Below, piece by piece: positions 23,744 to 32,000 of a stretch of 32,000 nt of DNA. The stretch spans positions 229,548 to 261,547 of the forward strand of contig NZ_CM001976.1 of the NCBI RefSeq assembly GCF_000406145.1, read 5' to 3'. Position 1 is the stretch's first letter. Each line of letters begins with the position of its first letter. This DNA comes from Dickeya dadantii NCPPB 898 (GTDB lineage Bacteria; Pseudomonadota; Gammaproteobacteria; Enterobacterales; Enterobacteriaceae). The position numbers and the translations under genes are program-made. The notes beneath the pieces are model-generated. The model saw only the letters and a program-made list of their open reading frames with translations, ran no database searches and was not told the origin of the DNA.

Positions 23744-24661
23744 ATGAATATTCGGGATTTAGAGTATCTGGTGGCATTGGCGGAGCATCGTCATTTCCGA
23801 CGCGCAGCGGATTCCTGCCACGTCAGCCAGCCCACGCTGAGTGGTCAGATCCGAAAACTGGAAGACGAACTGGGGGTGATGCTGCTGGAGAGAACCAGCC
23901 GCAAAGTCCTGTTCACTCAGGCGGGGTTGTTGCTGGTCGAGCAGGCCAGAACCGTATTGCGTGAAGTGAAGGTGTTGAAGGAGATGGCCAGCCAGCAGGG
24001 CGAAACCATGTCCGGCCCGCTGCATATCGGCCTGATCCCGACGGTCGGCCCTTATCTGTTGCCCCAGATTATCCCGATGTTGCATCGCACTTTCCCGAAG
24101 CTGGAAATGTACCTGCATGAAGCTCAGACTCATCAGTTGCTGGCCCAGCTCGACAGCGGCAAGCTGGATTGCGCCATTCTGGCGATGGTGAAAGAGTCGG
24201 AAGCCTTTATCGAAGTGCCGTTGTTTGATGAGCCGATGAAGCTGGCGATTTATCAGGATCACCCCTGGGCGAACCGCGAGCGGGTGGCGATGTCCGATTT
24301 ATCGGGCGAAAAACTGTTGATGCTGGAAGACGGGCACTGCCTGCGCGATCAGGCGATGGGATTTTGTTTCCAGGCGGGCGCGGACGAGGATACCCATTTT
24401 CGCGCCACCAGCCTGGAAACCCTGCGCAACATGGTAGCGGCGGGCAGCGGTATTACCCTGCTGCCGTCGCTGGCGGTGCCGCCGGAGCGAGTGCGTGACG
24501 GCGTGTGCTATTTGCCTTGTTACAAACCGGAGCCTAAACGCACCATCGCACTGGTGTATCGTCCTGGCTCGCCGTTGCGCGGCCGTTATGAGCAACTGGC
24601 CGATTCGGTGCGCGAGCACATGCAACTCCACATGGAACAGTTGTCGAAACAGTCGGCTTAA
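23744..24661 (+). CDS. oxyR: LysR-family hydrogen peroxide sensor OxyR
   Basis: 305 aa, MNIRDLEYLVALAEHRHFRRAADSCHVSQPTLSGQIRKLEDELG..., with redox Cys residues in the contexts EDGHCLRDQ and GFCFQAG. Confidence 0.97.
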   Translation: MNIRDLEYLVALAEHRHFRRAADSCHVSQPTLSGQIRKLEDELGVMLLERTSRKVLFTQAGLLLVEQARTVLREVKVLKEMASQQGETMSGPLHIGLIPTVGPYLLPQIIPMLHRTFPKLEMYLHEAQTHQLLAQLDSGKLDCAILAMVKESEAFIEVPLFDEPMKLAIYQDHPWANRERVAMSDLSGEKLLMLEDGHCLRDQAMGFCFQAGADEDTHFRATSLETLRNMVAAGSGITLLPSLAVPPERVRDGVCYLPCYKPEPKRTIALVYRPGSPLRGRYEQLADSVREHMQLHMEQLSKQSA

Positions 24662-24669
24662 TCAGGTCA

Positions 24670-24739
24670 TTGATTTAGTAAAACAATTGATTTAGTAAAA
24701 CAATTTGTTTGATCAAAACGATTTGTTTGATCAAAACGA
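24670..24739. repeat. Composite tandem repeat: two copies of a 17-bp unit followed by two copies of an 18-bp unit
   Basis: ttgatttagtaaaacaa occurs at 24670-24686 and 24687-24703. tttgtttgatcaaaacga occurs at 24704-24721 and 24722-24739. All copies are perfect. Confidence 0.95.
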
Positions 24740-24745
24740 TTGCCA

Positions 24746-24776
24746 TCAAAAAAACCGGTTATCAAAACAACCGGTT
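24746..24776 (-). terminator. Rho-independent terminator of sthA, overlapping its stop codon
   Basis: The minus strand reads aaccggtt-gttttgat-aaccggtt followed by ttttt. The stop codon TGA (24764-24762) lies in the loop. Confidence 0.7.
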
Positions 24777-26168
24777 TAAACCGTTCAGCGCCGCTACCCG
24801 GTAGGCTTCGGCCATGGTCGGGTAGTTGAATGTGGTGTTCACAAAGTATTCAATGGTATTGCCTTCGCCTTTCTGTTCCATGATGGCCTGGCCGATGTGA
24901 ATGATTTCGGCCGCCCGTTCGCCAAAGCAGTGAATACCCAAAATCTGCTTGGTTTCGCGGTGGAACAGAATTTTCAGGCTACCGACGTTCATCCCGACAA
25001 TCTGCGCCCGCGCCAGGTGTTTGAACTGAGCGCGACCCACTTCATACGGCACTTTCATGGCGGTGAGTTCCTGCTCGGTTTTGCCGACGGAGCTGATCTC
25101 CGGGATAGTGTAAATGCCGGTGGGAATATCCTCGATCAGGTGCGCGGTGGCGTCGCCTTTAGTAATGGCCTGCGCCGCGATGCGGCCCTGATCATAGGCG
25201 GCCGACGCCAGGCTGGGGTAACCGATCACATCGCCCACGGCGTAGATATGCGCCTGAGCGGTCTGGTACATGCTGTTAACCTTCAACTGGCCGCGGCTGT
25301 CCGTTTCCAGCCCGACATTTTCCAGCCCCAGCGTTTCGGTGTTGCCGGTGCGTCCGTTGGCGTAGAGCAGGCAATCCGCCTTCATCTTTTTGCCGGATTT
25401 CAGATGGATGATGACGCCGTCATCCAGACCTTCGATGTGTTCGAATTCCTCGTTATGACGAATCACCACGCCGCTGTTCCAGAAGTGATACGACAGGGCG
25501 TCGGACATTTCCTGATCGAGAAACGCCAGCAGACGATCGCGGGTATTGATCAGATCAACCTTCACGTTCAATCCGCGAAAGATCGACGCGTATTCGCAGC
25601 CGATCACCCCGGCGCCGTAAATGATCACGTGCTTGGGTTCATAATCCAGATCGAGAATAGAATCGCTGTCGTAGATGCGGGGGTGATGGAAATCCACCCC
25701 GGCCGGATGATAAGGCCGCGAACCGGTGGCGATAATGATATTCGCGGCGGTCAGCGTATCGTGAGTGTCGTCCGGGTAATAGACCGCGATGGTATGCGCA
25801 TCGATAAAACGCGCCTCGCCGGAAAACAGTTCACAGTGATTACGTTCGTAGAAGCCCTGGCGCATGCGGGTTTGCTGGCCGATCACGCTGTCGGCGTGAC
25901 GCAGGATATCGGAAAATGAGGAGCTGATGACGCGGGCGTTGTCGCTGTAGAGTGGGTTTTGATTGAATTCGATAATACGGCTGACGGCGTGTCGGAGGGC
26001 TTTGGATGGGATGGTTCCCCAGTGGGTACAGCCACCGCCAACATTATAATGCCGCTCTATCACGGCAATTTTCGCCCCTTGTTTGGCAAGCCCCATGGCC
26101 GCCCCTTCACCGCCCGGACCCGAACCAATCACGATGGCATCGTAATCGTATTGCTGTTGTATGGACAT
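24762..26168 (-). CDS. sthA: Soluble pyridine nucleotide transhydrogenase
   Basis: [26 protein letters not shown]...[10 protein letters not shown], colinear with E. coli SthA. ATG at 26168 has an AGGTGG Shine-Dalgarno sequence 8 nt upstream. The track start at 26180 is a GTG 4 codons further upstream. Confidence 0.95.
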   Translation of the reverse strand: MSIQQQYDYDAIVIGSGPGGEGAAMGLAKQGAKIAVIERHYNVGGGCTHWGTIPSKALRHAVSRIIEFNQNPLYSDNARVISSSFSDILRHADSVIGQQTRMRQGFYERNHCELFSGEARFIDAHTIAVYYPDDTHDTLTAANIIIATGSRPYHPAGVDFHHPRIYDSDSILDLDYEPKHVIIYGAGVIGCEYASIFRGLNVKVDLINTRDRLLAFLDQEMSDALSYHFWNSGVVIRHNEEFEHIEGLDDGVIIHLKSGKKMKADCLLYANGRTGNTETLGLENVGLETDSRGQLKVNSMYQTAQAHIYAVGDVIGYPSLASAAYDQGRIAAQAITKGDATAHLIEDIPTGIYTIPEISSVGKTEQELTAMKVPYEVGRAQFKHLARAQIVGMNVGSLKILFHRETKQILGIHCFGERAAEIIHIGQAIMEQKGEGNTIEYFVNTTFNYPTMAEAYRVAALNGLNRLF

Positions 26169-26350
26169 GGTAGGAACCACCTGTTTTTATACAAATTACT
26201 AACGCGATTGTAACATCGTCCTGCTGATAACCCAATCATCCCTGACATCTGTATGGGAACCGATGATCACATTTTTACTATGACAAACTTTGGCACAGTA
26301 TGTAGAGAGTAAAGTTTGTTATAGTGCTTCCCTTGACTTAAGGAGAGCCG

Positions 26351-27007
26351 ATGACTGCGGGCAGGATAATGGGTGTCAGAGCACAACAAAAAGAACGAAC
26401 TCGTCGTTCCCTGGTTGAGGCCGCTTTCAGCCAGTTAAGCGCTGAACGCAGTTTTGCCAGCCTGAGTTTGCGTGAAGTGGCTCGTGAAGCCGGTATTGCC
26501 CCTACCTCGTTTTATCGCCATTTCCGCGATGTGGACGAACTGGGGTTGACGATGGTGGATGAAAGCGGGTTGATGCTGCGTCAGCTGATGCGTCAGGCGC
26601 GCCAGCGTATCGTCAAAAGCGGCGGTAGCGTGATCCGAACGTCGGTATCGACGTTCATGGAGTTCATCGGCAATAACCCCAACGCTTTTCGGCTGCTGTT
26701 GCGCGAGCGTTCCGGCACTTCAGCGGCATTCCGCGCCGCCGTAGCGCGTGAAATTCAGCATTTTATCGCTGAACTGGCGGACTATCTTGAAGTCGAAAAT
26801 CATATCCCGCGCAGCTTCGCGGAGGCGCAGGCGGAAGCGATGGTGATAATCGTATTCAGCGCCGGCGCGGAAGCGCTGGACGTGGATATCGAGCAGCGGC
26901 GCCAGCTGGAAGAGCGGCTGGTGTTGCAGTTGCGTATGATTGCCAAAGGCGCCTATTACTGGTATCGCAAAGAACAGGGTAAGGGGTTTGTTTACCCTGA
27001 GGGATAA
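26351..27007 (+). CDS. fabR: TetR-family repressor of unsaturated fatty acid synthesis, FabR
   Basis: ...[52 protein letters not shown]... is near-identical to E. coli FabR. ATG at 26351 has an AAGGAG Shine-Dalgarno sequence 5 nt upstream. The E. coli-type start (MGVRAQQ) would be at 26369. Confidence 0.93.
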   Translation: MTAGRIMGVRAQQKERTRRSLVEAAFSQLSAERSFASLSLREVAREAGIAPTSFYRHFRDVDELGLTMVDESGLMLRQLMRQARQRIVKSGGSVIRTSVSTFMEFIGNNPNAFRLLLRERSGTSAAFRAAVAREIQHFIAELADYLEVENHIPRSFAEAQAEAMVIIVFSAGAEALDVDIEQRRQLEERLVLQLRMIAKGAYYWYRKEQGKGFVYPEG

Positions 27008-27021
27008 TCAGAGGAAAAGTC

Positions 27022-27396
27022 ATGACAGAGCAGATAAATTCAGAGAAAAGCACGTTGGTGCTGACGCTGGTGGCCGGTTTGTCCGCGAATGGTTCCTTTG
27101 TCGCCGTGTTCAGTTCTATCGTGCCGTTTTCCATTTTTCCGCTGATTGCGCTGGTTCTGTCGGTGTACTGCCTGCATCAGCGTTACATGCACCATGCCAT
27201 GCCAAAGGGCACGCCGCTGCTGGCGGCAGGCTGTTTCCTGTTCGGTCTGCTACTTTACAGCGCGATTGTACGCGCCGAGTACCCGCAAATCGGCTCCAAT
27301 TTCGTGCCGTCAATCCTGTGCGTGGTGCTGGCGCTATGGCTGGTGGTGAAGCTGCGGGCTCGCAAGCCCGGCAGTGGTGAAATCAATACGCCTTAA
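27022..27396 (+). CDS. yijD: Small inner-membrane protein YijD (DUF1422)
   Basis: 124 aa, ...[26 protein letters not shown]...[12 protein letters not shown], matching E. coli YijD and located immediately after fabR. Confidence 0.9.
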   Translation: MTEQINSEKSTLVLTLVAGLSANGSFVAVFSSIVPFSIFPLIALVLSVYCLHQRYMHHAMPKGTPLLAAGCFLFGLLLYSAIVRAEYPQIGSNFVPSILCVVLALWLVVKLRARKPGSGEINTP

Positions 27397-27408
27397 TCCG
27401 TGGTGATG

Positions 27409-28512
27409 TTACTGGCGTTTTTCCAGTAACACGCCGCATTCCATGTGGTGGGTATAAGGGAACTGGTCAAACAGCGCCAACTGACTGATTCGGTGCGTTT
27501 GACTTAAGGTTTCCAGGTTGGCGCACAGTGTTTCCGGGTTGCAGGAGATGTACAGGATACGCGGATACGCCTGCACCAGTTTTACTGTGTCGTCGTCCAG
27601 GCCGCTGCGAGGCGGGTCGACAAAGATGGTTTCACAGCGATAGCCCGCCAGATCGATGCCTTGCAGACGGTTGAACTGGCGTACCCCGTTCATGGCCTGA
27701 GTAAATTCCTCTGCCGCCATGCGAATAATCTGTACGTTATCAATCTGATTGGCGGCAATATTGTACTGCGCCGCCGCAACCGACGGCTTGGCGATTTCGG
27801 TCGCCAGCACCCGCTCGAAATTGCGCGCCAGCGCCAGCGAAAAGTTGCCGTTGCCGCAATACAGTTCCAGCAAATCGCCTGTCGAACCTTGTGTCGCTGA
27901 CAGCGCCCATTCCAGCATTTGGATATTCATCATCGCATTGGGCTGAGTGAAGCTGTTTTCCACCTGACGATAAATCATCTGACGGCCGGCAACCGGCAGG
28001 CACTCATCCACGTAGTCCCGATCCAGACAAATTTTGGTTTTGGTGGCGCGACCGATCAACTGTAGGGCAAAACCCTGAGCGCGCAGTTGGTCGCGCAGGA
28101 GACGAGCACATTGCTGCCATTCGTCGTCCAGCGCTTTGTGGTACAGCAGCGAAACCACAATCTCACCGCTGAGCGTGGAGAGATAATCAATCTGAAACAG
28201 CTTGCGCCGCAGTACAGGTTCGGCCCGCAGGGCACTGATCAGTGCTGGCATCAGGCGGTTGATCAGCTCGCTGGCGGCCGGGAAACGATCGACCCGGATC
28301 CGTTGTTTGGTCTGCTGATCAAAAATAATGTGGTACAGGTCATCGCCGTCATGCCAGATTCGAAATTCCGCCCGCATCCGGTAGTGACTGACCGGCGAGC
28401 GGAACACGGTTGGCGCCGGCGCATCGAATGGCGCCATCATGGCACCGAGGCGCCCGGTTTTTTCTTCAAGCTGGGCGTCGTACTGATCGATGGGCAGAAT
28501 CTCTGGCGTCAT
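27409..28512 (-). CDS. trmA: tRNA/tmRNA (uracil-C5)-methyltransferase
   Basis: [29 protein letters not shown]...[17 protein letters not shown], colinear with E. coli TrmA. ATG at 28512 is chosen by homology. The 80 extra codons in the track ORF read through the btuB leader on the opposite strand. Confidence 0.95.
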   Translation of the reverse strand: MTPEILPIDQYDAQLEEKTGRLGAMMAPFDAPAPTVFRSPVSHYRMRAEFRIWHDGDDLYHIIFDQQTKQRIRVDRFPAASELINRLMPALISALRAEPVLRRKLFQIDYLSTLSGEIVVSLLYHKALDDEWQQCARLLRDQLRAQGFALQLIGRATKTKICLDRDYVDECLPVAGRQMIYRQVENSFTQPNAMMNIQMLEWALSATQGSTGDLLELYCGNGNFSLALARNFERVLATEIAKPSVAAAQYNIAANQIDNVQIIRMAAEEFTQAMNGVRQFNRLQGIDLAGYRCETIFVDPPRSGLDDDTVKLVQAYPRILYISCNPETLCANLETLSQTHRISQLALFDQFPYTHHMECGVLLEKRQ

Positions 28513-28631
28513 GGTGGTCTCATCTAAAAAGCGGCTGGATAAGGTGGCGATGTTGTCAGGGCGCGATTGTAGGGCATCCTGAAGGGATGTCCAGCCTTGC
28601 AGCATGGATTCTCCTATCCAAAATGGAAGTC

Positions 28632-28660
28632 TAGACATCCACCCGCCTCGATCGTAGCAT
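28632..28660 (+). promoter_or_regulatory. Candidate btuB promoter
   Basis: TAGACA, a 17-nt spacer, then TAGCAT. This places the transcription start near gcGtccggtc, which aligns with the start of the E. coli btuB leader as I recall it. Confidence 0.45.
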
Positions 28661-28663
28661 GAG

Positions 28664-28858
28664 CGTCCGGTCTTGCCTCGCAAGTGAAAAGGGAATCCAG
28701 TGCGAATCTGGAACTGACGCGCAGCGGTAAGGGGAATGGGCGACGATAGCATAATGCGGACACTGTCCTGACGGATGGGAAGTCATCGCCGCCGAGCCAG
28801 CCATCATGGCAGAGCCCCGAGTCCGAAGACCTGCCGGAATACGTCGCAATGTTTCATG
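28664..28858 (+). promoter_or_regulatory. Cobalamin (AdoCbl) riboswitch in the btuB leader
   Basis: aagggaatccagtgcgaatctggaactgacgcgcagcggtaagg...atgcggacactg...gggaagtcatc... and the B12 box agtccgaagacctgccgg (28820-28837) are almost identical to the E. coli btuB riboswitch core. Confidence 0.93.
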
Positions 28859-28920
28859 GTCATCGCGTGCTATCGATCATGAGGGTGCGGCATCCTGCCA
28901 ATTCAGTTTGGATGCTTATA

Positions 28921-30798
28921 ATGTTTACTAAAAAAACCACAATGCTGGCGGCGATGGTAGCCACGGCTTTTTCAGGATGGGCGCAGGGTAGCGACAACAC
29001 ACAGCAAAACAGCAATGACGCGATGGTGGTGACCGCCAACCGTTTCCCTCAGCCGATCTCATCCGTACTGGCGCCCACGACCGTGGTGACACGTGATGAT
29101 ATTGATCGCTGGCAATCGAAGAGTTTGACTGATGTGATGCGGCGGTTGCCGGGGGTGGATTTCTACCAGAGCGGTGGTTTGGGGCAATTGAACTCTCTAT
29201 TTATTCGCGGTTCTTCTTCGAGCCATGTACTGGTGCTGATTGACGGTGTTCGACTTAATCAGGCCGGAGTCAGCGGTTCTTCCGATATCAGTCAAATCCC
29301 GATCTCTCTGGTTCAAAAAGTGGAATATATCCGCGGGCCGCGTTCTGCCGTTTATGGCTCGGATGCAATTGGCGGTGTGGTTAACATCATCACGACACGA
29401 GAGAAGAAAGGTACCACGCTTTCCGCAGGTATCGGCTCCAATGGTTATCAGTCCTACGACGCAGCCACCCAGCAACAACTGGGGGCGAATACGCTGGCAA
29501 CGTTTGCCGGTAATTACACTTATACCAAAGGGTTTAATGTGGTTGCCAACTTGCCTGATCCCTTTGGTGATCCTGCTCAGCCCGACCGTGACGGCTTCAT
29601 GAGCAAAACGTTATACGGCAATGTCGAGCATCAGTTCAGTGAGGCTGTGAGCGGATTTATACGCGGGTACGGTTTTGATAATCGGACCGCTTATGATGGT
29701 ACCGCCAGCTTTAATCGTGCAGAGGCATTTCCCGATACAAGGCAGATCTATAGCCAATCTTGGGATGGCGGATTACGTTATCATCAAGACATTTGGTCAT
29801 CTCAACTGATTACCAGCTACAGCCACAGCAAAGACTATAATTACGATCCGCGTTTTGGCCGCTCTGATATTTCCGCGACGCTGGATGATATCCAACAGTA
29901 CAACGTTCAGTGGAGTAACAGTGTTCAGGTTGGCAGAGGAAATATCGGTGCAGGGGTTGACTGGCAGAAACAGACTACCGAGCCTGGAACCAATTTTGTC
30001 ACCGAGGGGTATGAATTGCGGAATACCGGCGTGTATACCACGGTGTTGCAGTCATTTGGGCCAGTAACACTTGAAGGTGCGTTGCGTAGTGATGATAGCT
30101 CCCAGTTTGGTCAGCATACTACCTGGCAGAGCAGTGCCGCGTGGGAGTTTGTTGAAGGGTATCGCCTGCTGGCTTCTTATGGGACGGGTTATAAGGCACC
30201 TACGGTTGGCCAATTGTATGGGTCATTTGCTGGAAATTCCAACCTCAAACCAGAGGAAAGCAAGCAATGGGAAGGCGGTATTGAAGGCCTGACTGGTCCG
30301 GTGAACTGGCATGTTTCGACATATCGTAATGATGTGGAGAACCTGATCCAGAGTGGTAGTGCGCCGACCTTTGCAAATATGAACGTGGGACGTGCCCGTT
30401 TACAAGGTGTGGAAGCAACCGCATCGTTTGATACAGGGTTCGTATCACACAAACTTTCATATGATTATCTGGACCCACGTAATGTCGATACTAATGAGGT
30501 CCTGACCAGACGTGCGCGGCAACAATTCAAATATGATCTGGACTGGCAGTTCAAAGACCTGGACTGGACGGTCACTTATCATTATTTAGGTGAGCGTTAT
30601 GACCAGAATTTTAATACGTCAGAGAGAGTGAAACTGGCTGGGGTGAGTTTGTGGGATATCACCGCATCATATCCCGTCACCTCTCATCTGACAGTTCGTG
30701 CTAGAATCGCCAACCTGTTCGATAAGAATTACGAGACGGTATATGGCTACCGAACTGCAGGGCGAGAATACTATCTCACCGGAAGCTATAGTTTCTGA
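28921..30798 (+). CDS. btuB: TonB-dependent vitamin B12 outer-membrane transporter
   Basis: [23 protein letters not shown] (signal peptide), TonB box DAMVVTANR, and a C-terminal ...[11 protein letters not shown], colinear with E. coli BtuB. ATG at 28921 aligns with the E. coli start context ggatgctt..ATG..aaaaaa. The track start at 28849 lies inside the riboswitch expression platform. Confidence 0.95.
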   Translation: MFTKKTTMLAAMVATAFSGWAQGSDNTQQNSNDAMVVTANRFPQPISSVLAPTTVVTRDDIDRWQSKSLTDVMRRLPGVDFYQSGGLGQLNSLFIRGSSSSHVLVLIDGVRLNQAGVSGSSDISQIPISLVQKVEYIRGPRSAVYGSDAIGGVVNIITTREKKGTTLSAGIGSNGYQSYDAATQQQLGANTLATFAGNYTYTKGFNVVANLPDPFGDPAQPDRDGFMSKTLYGNVEHQFSEAVSGFIRGYGFDNRTAYDGTASFNRAEAFPDTRQIYSQSWDGGLRYHQDIWSSQLITSYSHSKDYNYDPRFGRSDISATLDDIQQYNVQWSNSVQVGRGNIGAGVDWQKQTTEPGTNFVTEGYELRNTGVYTTVLQSFGPVTLEGALRSDDSSQFGQHTTWQSSAAWEFVEGYRLLASYGTGYKAPTVGQLYGSFAGNSNLKPEESKQWEGGIEGLTGPVNWHVSTYRNDVENLIQSGSAPTFANMNVGRARLQGVEATASFDTGFVSHKLSYDYLDPRNVDTNEVLTRRARQQFKYDLDWQFKDLDWTVTYHYLGERYDQNFNTSERVKLAGVSLWDITASYPVTSHLTVRARIANLFDKNYETVYGYRTAGREYYLTGSYSF

Positions 30799-31615
30799 TT
30801 TACCCGCCCGCCCCACGGTCCTTGTATTTGATTCCGGGGTGGGTGGTTTGTCTGTTTATGATGAAGTTCGCAAACTGTTGCCGGACTTACATTATATCTA
30901 CACCTTTGATAATGAGGCTTTTCCCTACGGGGAGAAGCCTGAGCAATTCATCATTGAACGTGTGGTGTCTATCGTTGACGCGGTAGAAAAACAGCACCCG
31001 CTGTCATTGGTCATCATTGCCTGTAATACCGCCAGTACGATTTCACTCCCGGCATTGCGTGCGCGTTTTAATTTCCCCGTCGTTGGTGTGGTGCCTGCGG
31101 TAAAACCGGCTGCCAAATTAACCCGGAATGGCGTCGTTGGGTTGTTGGCGACACGCGCTACGGTCCAGCGCCCTTATACGCATGAGCTGATTTCCCGCTT
31201 TGCCAATGACTGTCAGATTTTGCTGTTGGGGTCTGCAGAGCTGGTGGAGTGGGGGGAAGCCAAACTTCAGGGGGAAACGGTACCTGAGGACGTATTGCGG
31301 AAAATCCTTAAGCCTTGGCTGAAATTGCCGGAGCCTCCGGATACGGTCGTTCTGGGATGTACTCATTTCCCTCTCCTGTCGGAAGAGTTGCAGCAGGTAT
31401 TGCCTGACGGCACACGGCTTGTTGATTCAGGCACCGCTATTGCGCGCAGAACTGCATGGCTGATTGAGCATCTGGATAATCCGAAATTGTCGACAGAGCG
31501 TAATCTGGCTTACTGTTTATCGATTACACCCAAGGTCGCGGCGCTGTCGCCAGTCCTGCGTCGTTATGGTTTCAGTGCGCTTGAACGATTAACGCTTTTG
31601 CCTGCTGACGAGTAA
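30743..31615 (+). CDS. murI: Glutamate racemase
   Basis: [10 protein letters not shown]...[18 protein letters not shown]...IIACNTAST...[11 protein letters not shown], colinear with E. coli MurI. The start at 30743 overlaps the btuB 3' end by 56 nt in another frame, as in E. coli. Confidence 0.93.
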   Translation: MATELQGENTISPEAIVSDLPARPTVLVFDSGVGGLSVYDEVRKLLPDLHYIYTFDNEAFPYGEKPEQFIIERVVSIVDAVEKQHPLSLVIIACNTASTISLPALRARFNFPVVGVVPAVKPAAKLTRNGVVGLLATRATVQRPYTHELISRFANDCQILLLGSAELVEWGEAKLQGETVPEDVLRKILKPWLKLPEPPDTVVLGCTHFPLLSEELQQVLPDGTRLVDSGTAIARRTAWLIEHLDNPKLSTERNLAYCLSITPKVAALSPVLRRYGFSALERLTLLPADE

Positions 31616-31625
31616 ATATTGAGCG

Positions 31626-31679
31626 GTCAAAATTATTTTTGAAATTAGTGCTTGTCAGCGACGGAGAACTCCCTATAAT
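31626..31679 (+). promoter_or_regulatory. rRNA operon promoter P1 with an A/T-rich UP element
   Basis: aaaattatttttgaaattagtgc-TTGTCA-16 nt-TATAAT-gcgcc closely matches E. coli rrnB P1, including the GC-rich discriminator. Confidence 0.85.
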
Positions 31680-31747
31680 GCGCCTCCACTGACACGGCAA
31701 CGGCGAAACGCCAGCGCAGTTTCAGTAAGAAATCAGGCGCATATCGC

Positions 31748-31775
31748 TTGACTTCTTTTCGGGAAAGCATAATAT
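31748..31775 (+). promoter_or_regulatory. rRNA operon promoter P2
   Basis: TTGACT (31748-31753), a 16-nt spacer, then TAATAT (31770-31775), about 95 nt downstream of P1, as in enteric rrn operons. Confidence 0.6.
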
Positions 31776-31804
31776 ATGCGACCCGCGACCACGGTAAATG
31801 GTCA

Positions 31805-31817
31805 TGCTCTTTAACAA
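31805..31817 (+). promoter_or_regulatory. rrn leader boxA antitermination element
   Basis: An exact tgctctttaacaa boxA sequence. Confidence 0.9.
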
Positions 31818-31960
31818 TCAATCAGACAATCTGTGTGGGCACTCGCAGGACACTTCACTAAAATATTTGTGAAAAGTCTTGAAGAGTGACAACAGTTAAT
31901 TCATACGAACTAACAGTAAATTCTTTGAGCACCGCTTCTTCGGAAGCAGCATCAAACTTT

Positions 31961-32000
31961 AAATTGAAGAGTTTGATCATGGCTCAGATTGAACGCTGGC
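31961..32000 (+). rRNA. rrs: 16S ribosomal RNA, first 40 nt (continues beyond the window)
   Basis: aaattgaagagtttgatcatggctcagattgaacgctggc is the canonical enterobacterial 16S 5' end. Confidence 0.97.

Noticed and set aside
28513-28920. N-terminal extensions of trmA (to 28752) and btuB (from 28849), and the 72-aa minus-strand ORF 28631..28849
   Set aside because: This region is the btuB promoter plus the AdoCbl riboswitch, with near-identity to the E. coli leader core and B12 box. Alignment to the E. coli proteins places the true starts at 28512 (trmA) and 28921 (btuB).

Overview
This is a conserved core-chromosome segment from a GC-rich member of the Enterobacterales. Hand-counted 60-nt lines give about 55-65% GC, and the organism looks Dickeya- or Serratia-like, which is inference only. 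Gene order follows the E. coli neighbourhood: phoA(partial)-tpiA-yiiQ-yiiR-fpr-glpXKF-zapB-rraA-menA-hslUV-ftsN-cytR-priA-rpmE-metJ-metBL-metF, then oxyR-sthA-fabR-yijD-trmA-btuB-murI and the start of an rrn operon. The large E. coli block between metF and oxyR (katG ... argH, recalled from memory) is absent. A single Prx5-glutaredoxin fusion gene sits there instead, divergent from oxyR. I can support 29 CDS, one of which (phoA) is missing from the ORF track because it runs off the left edge. I can also support the first 40 nt of 16S rRNA, an AdoCbl riboswitch in the btuB leader, rrn P1/P2 and boxA, MetJ box arrays, a sigma32 promoter for hslVU, a GlpR/CRP control region and about a dozen intrinsic terminators. 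I see no transposase, integrase, tRNA, CRISPR array, defence or toxin genes, and no orphan multi-gene cluster. I therefore do not find a novel multi-gene system here. The observations worth a second look are small-scale. (1) An abrupt drop in GC and change in codon usage begins inside btuB and runs through murI. (2) A composite AT-rich tandem-repeat array lies between the convergent oxyR and sthA genes. (3) A 17-bp tandem triplication spans the menA start codon and creates stacked mini-uORFs. (4) An unexplained GC-rich spacer of about 430 bp lies upstream of cytR. (5) A long inverted repeat overlaps a likely fabR promoter. (6) An ftsN terminator hairpin lies inside the hslVU heat-shock leader. 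All long ORFs antisense to these genes are treated as GC-driven shadow ORFs.
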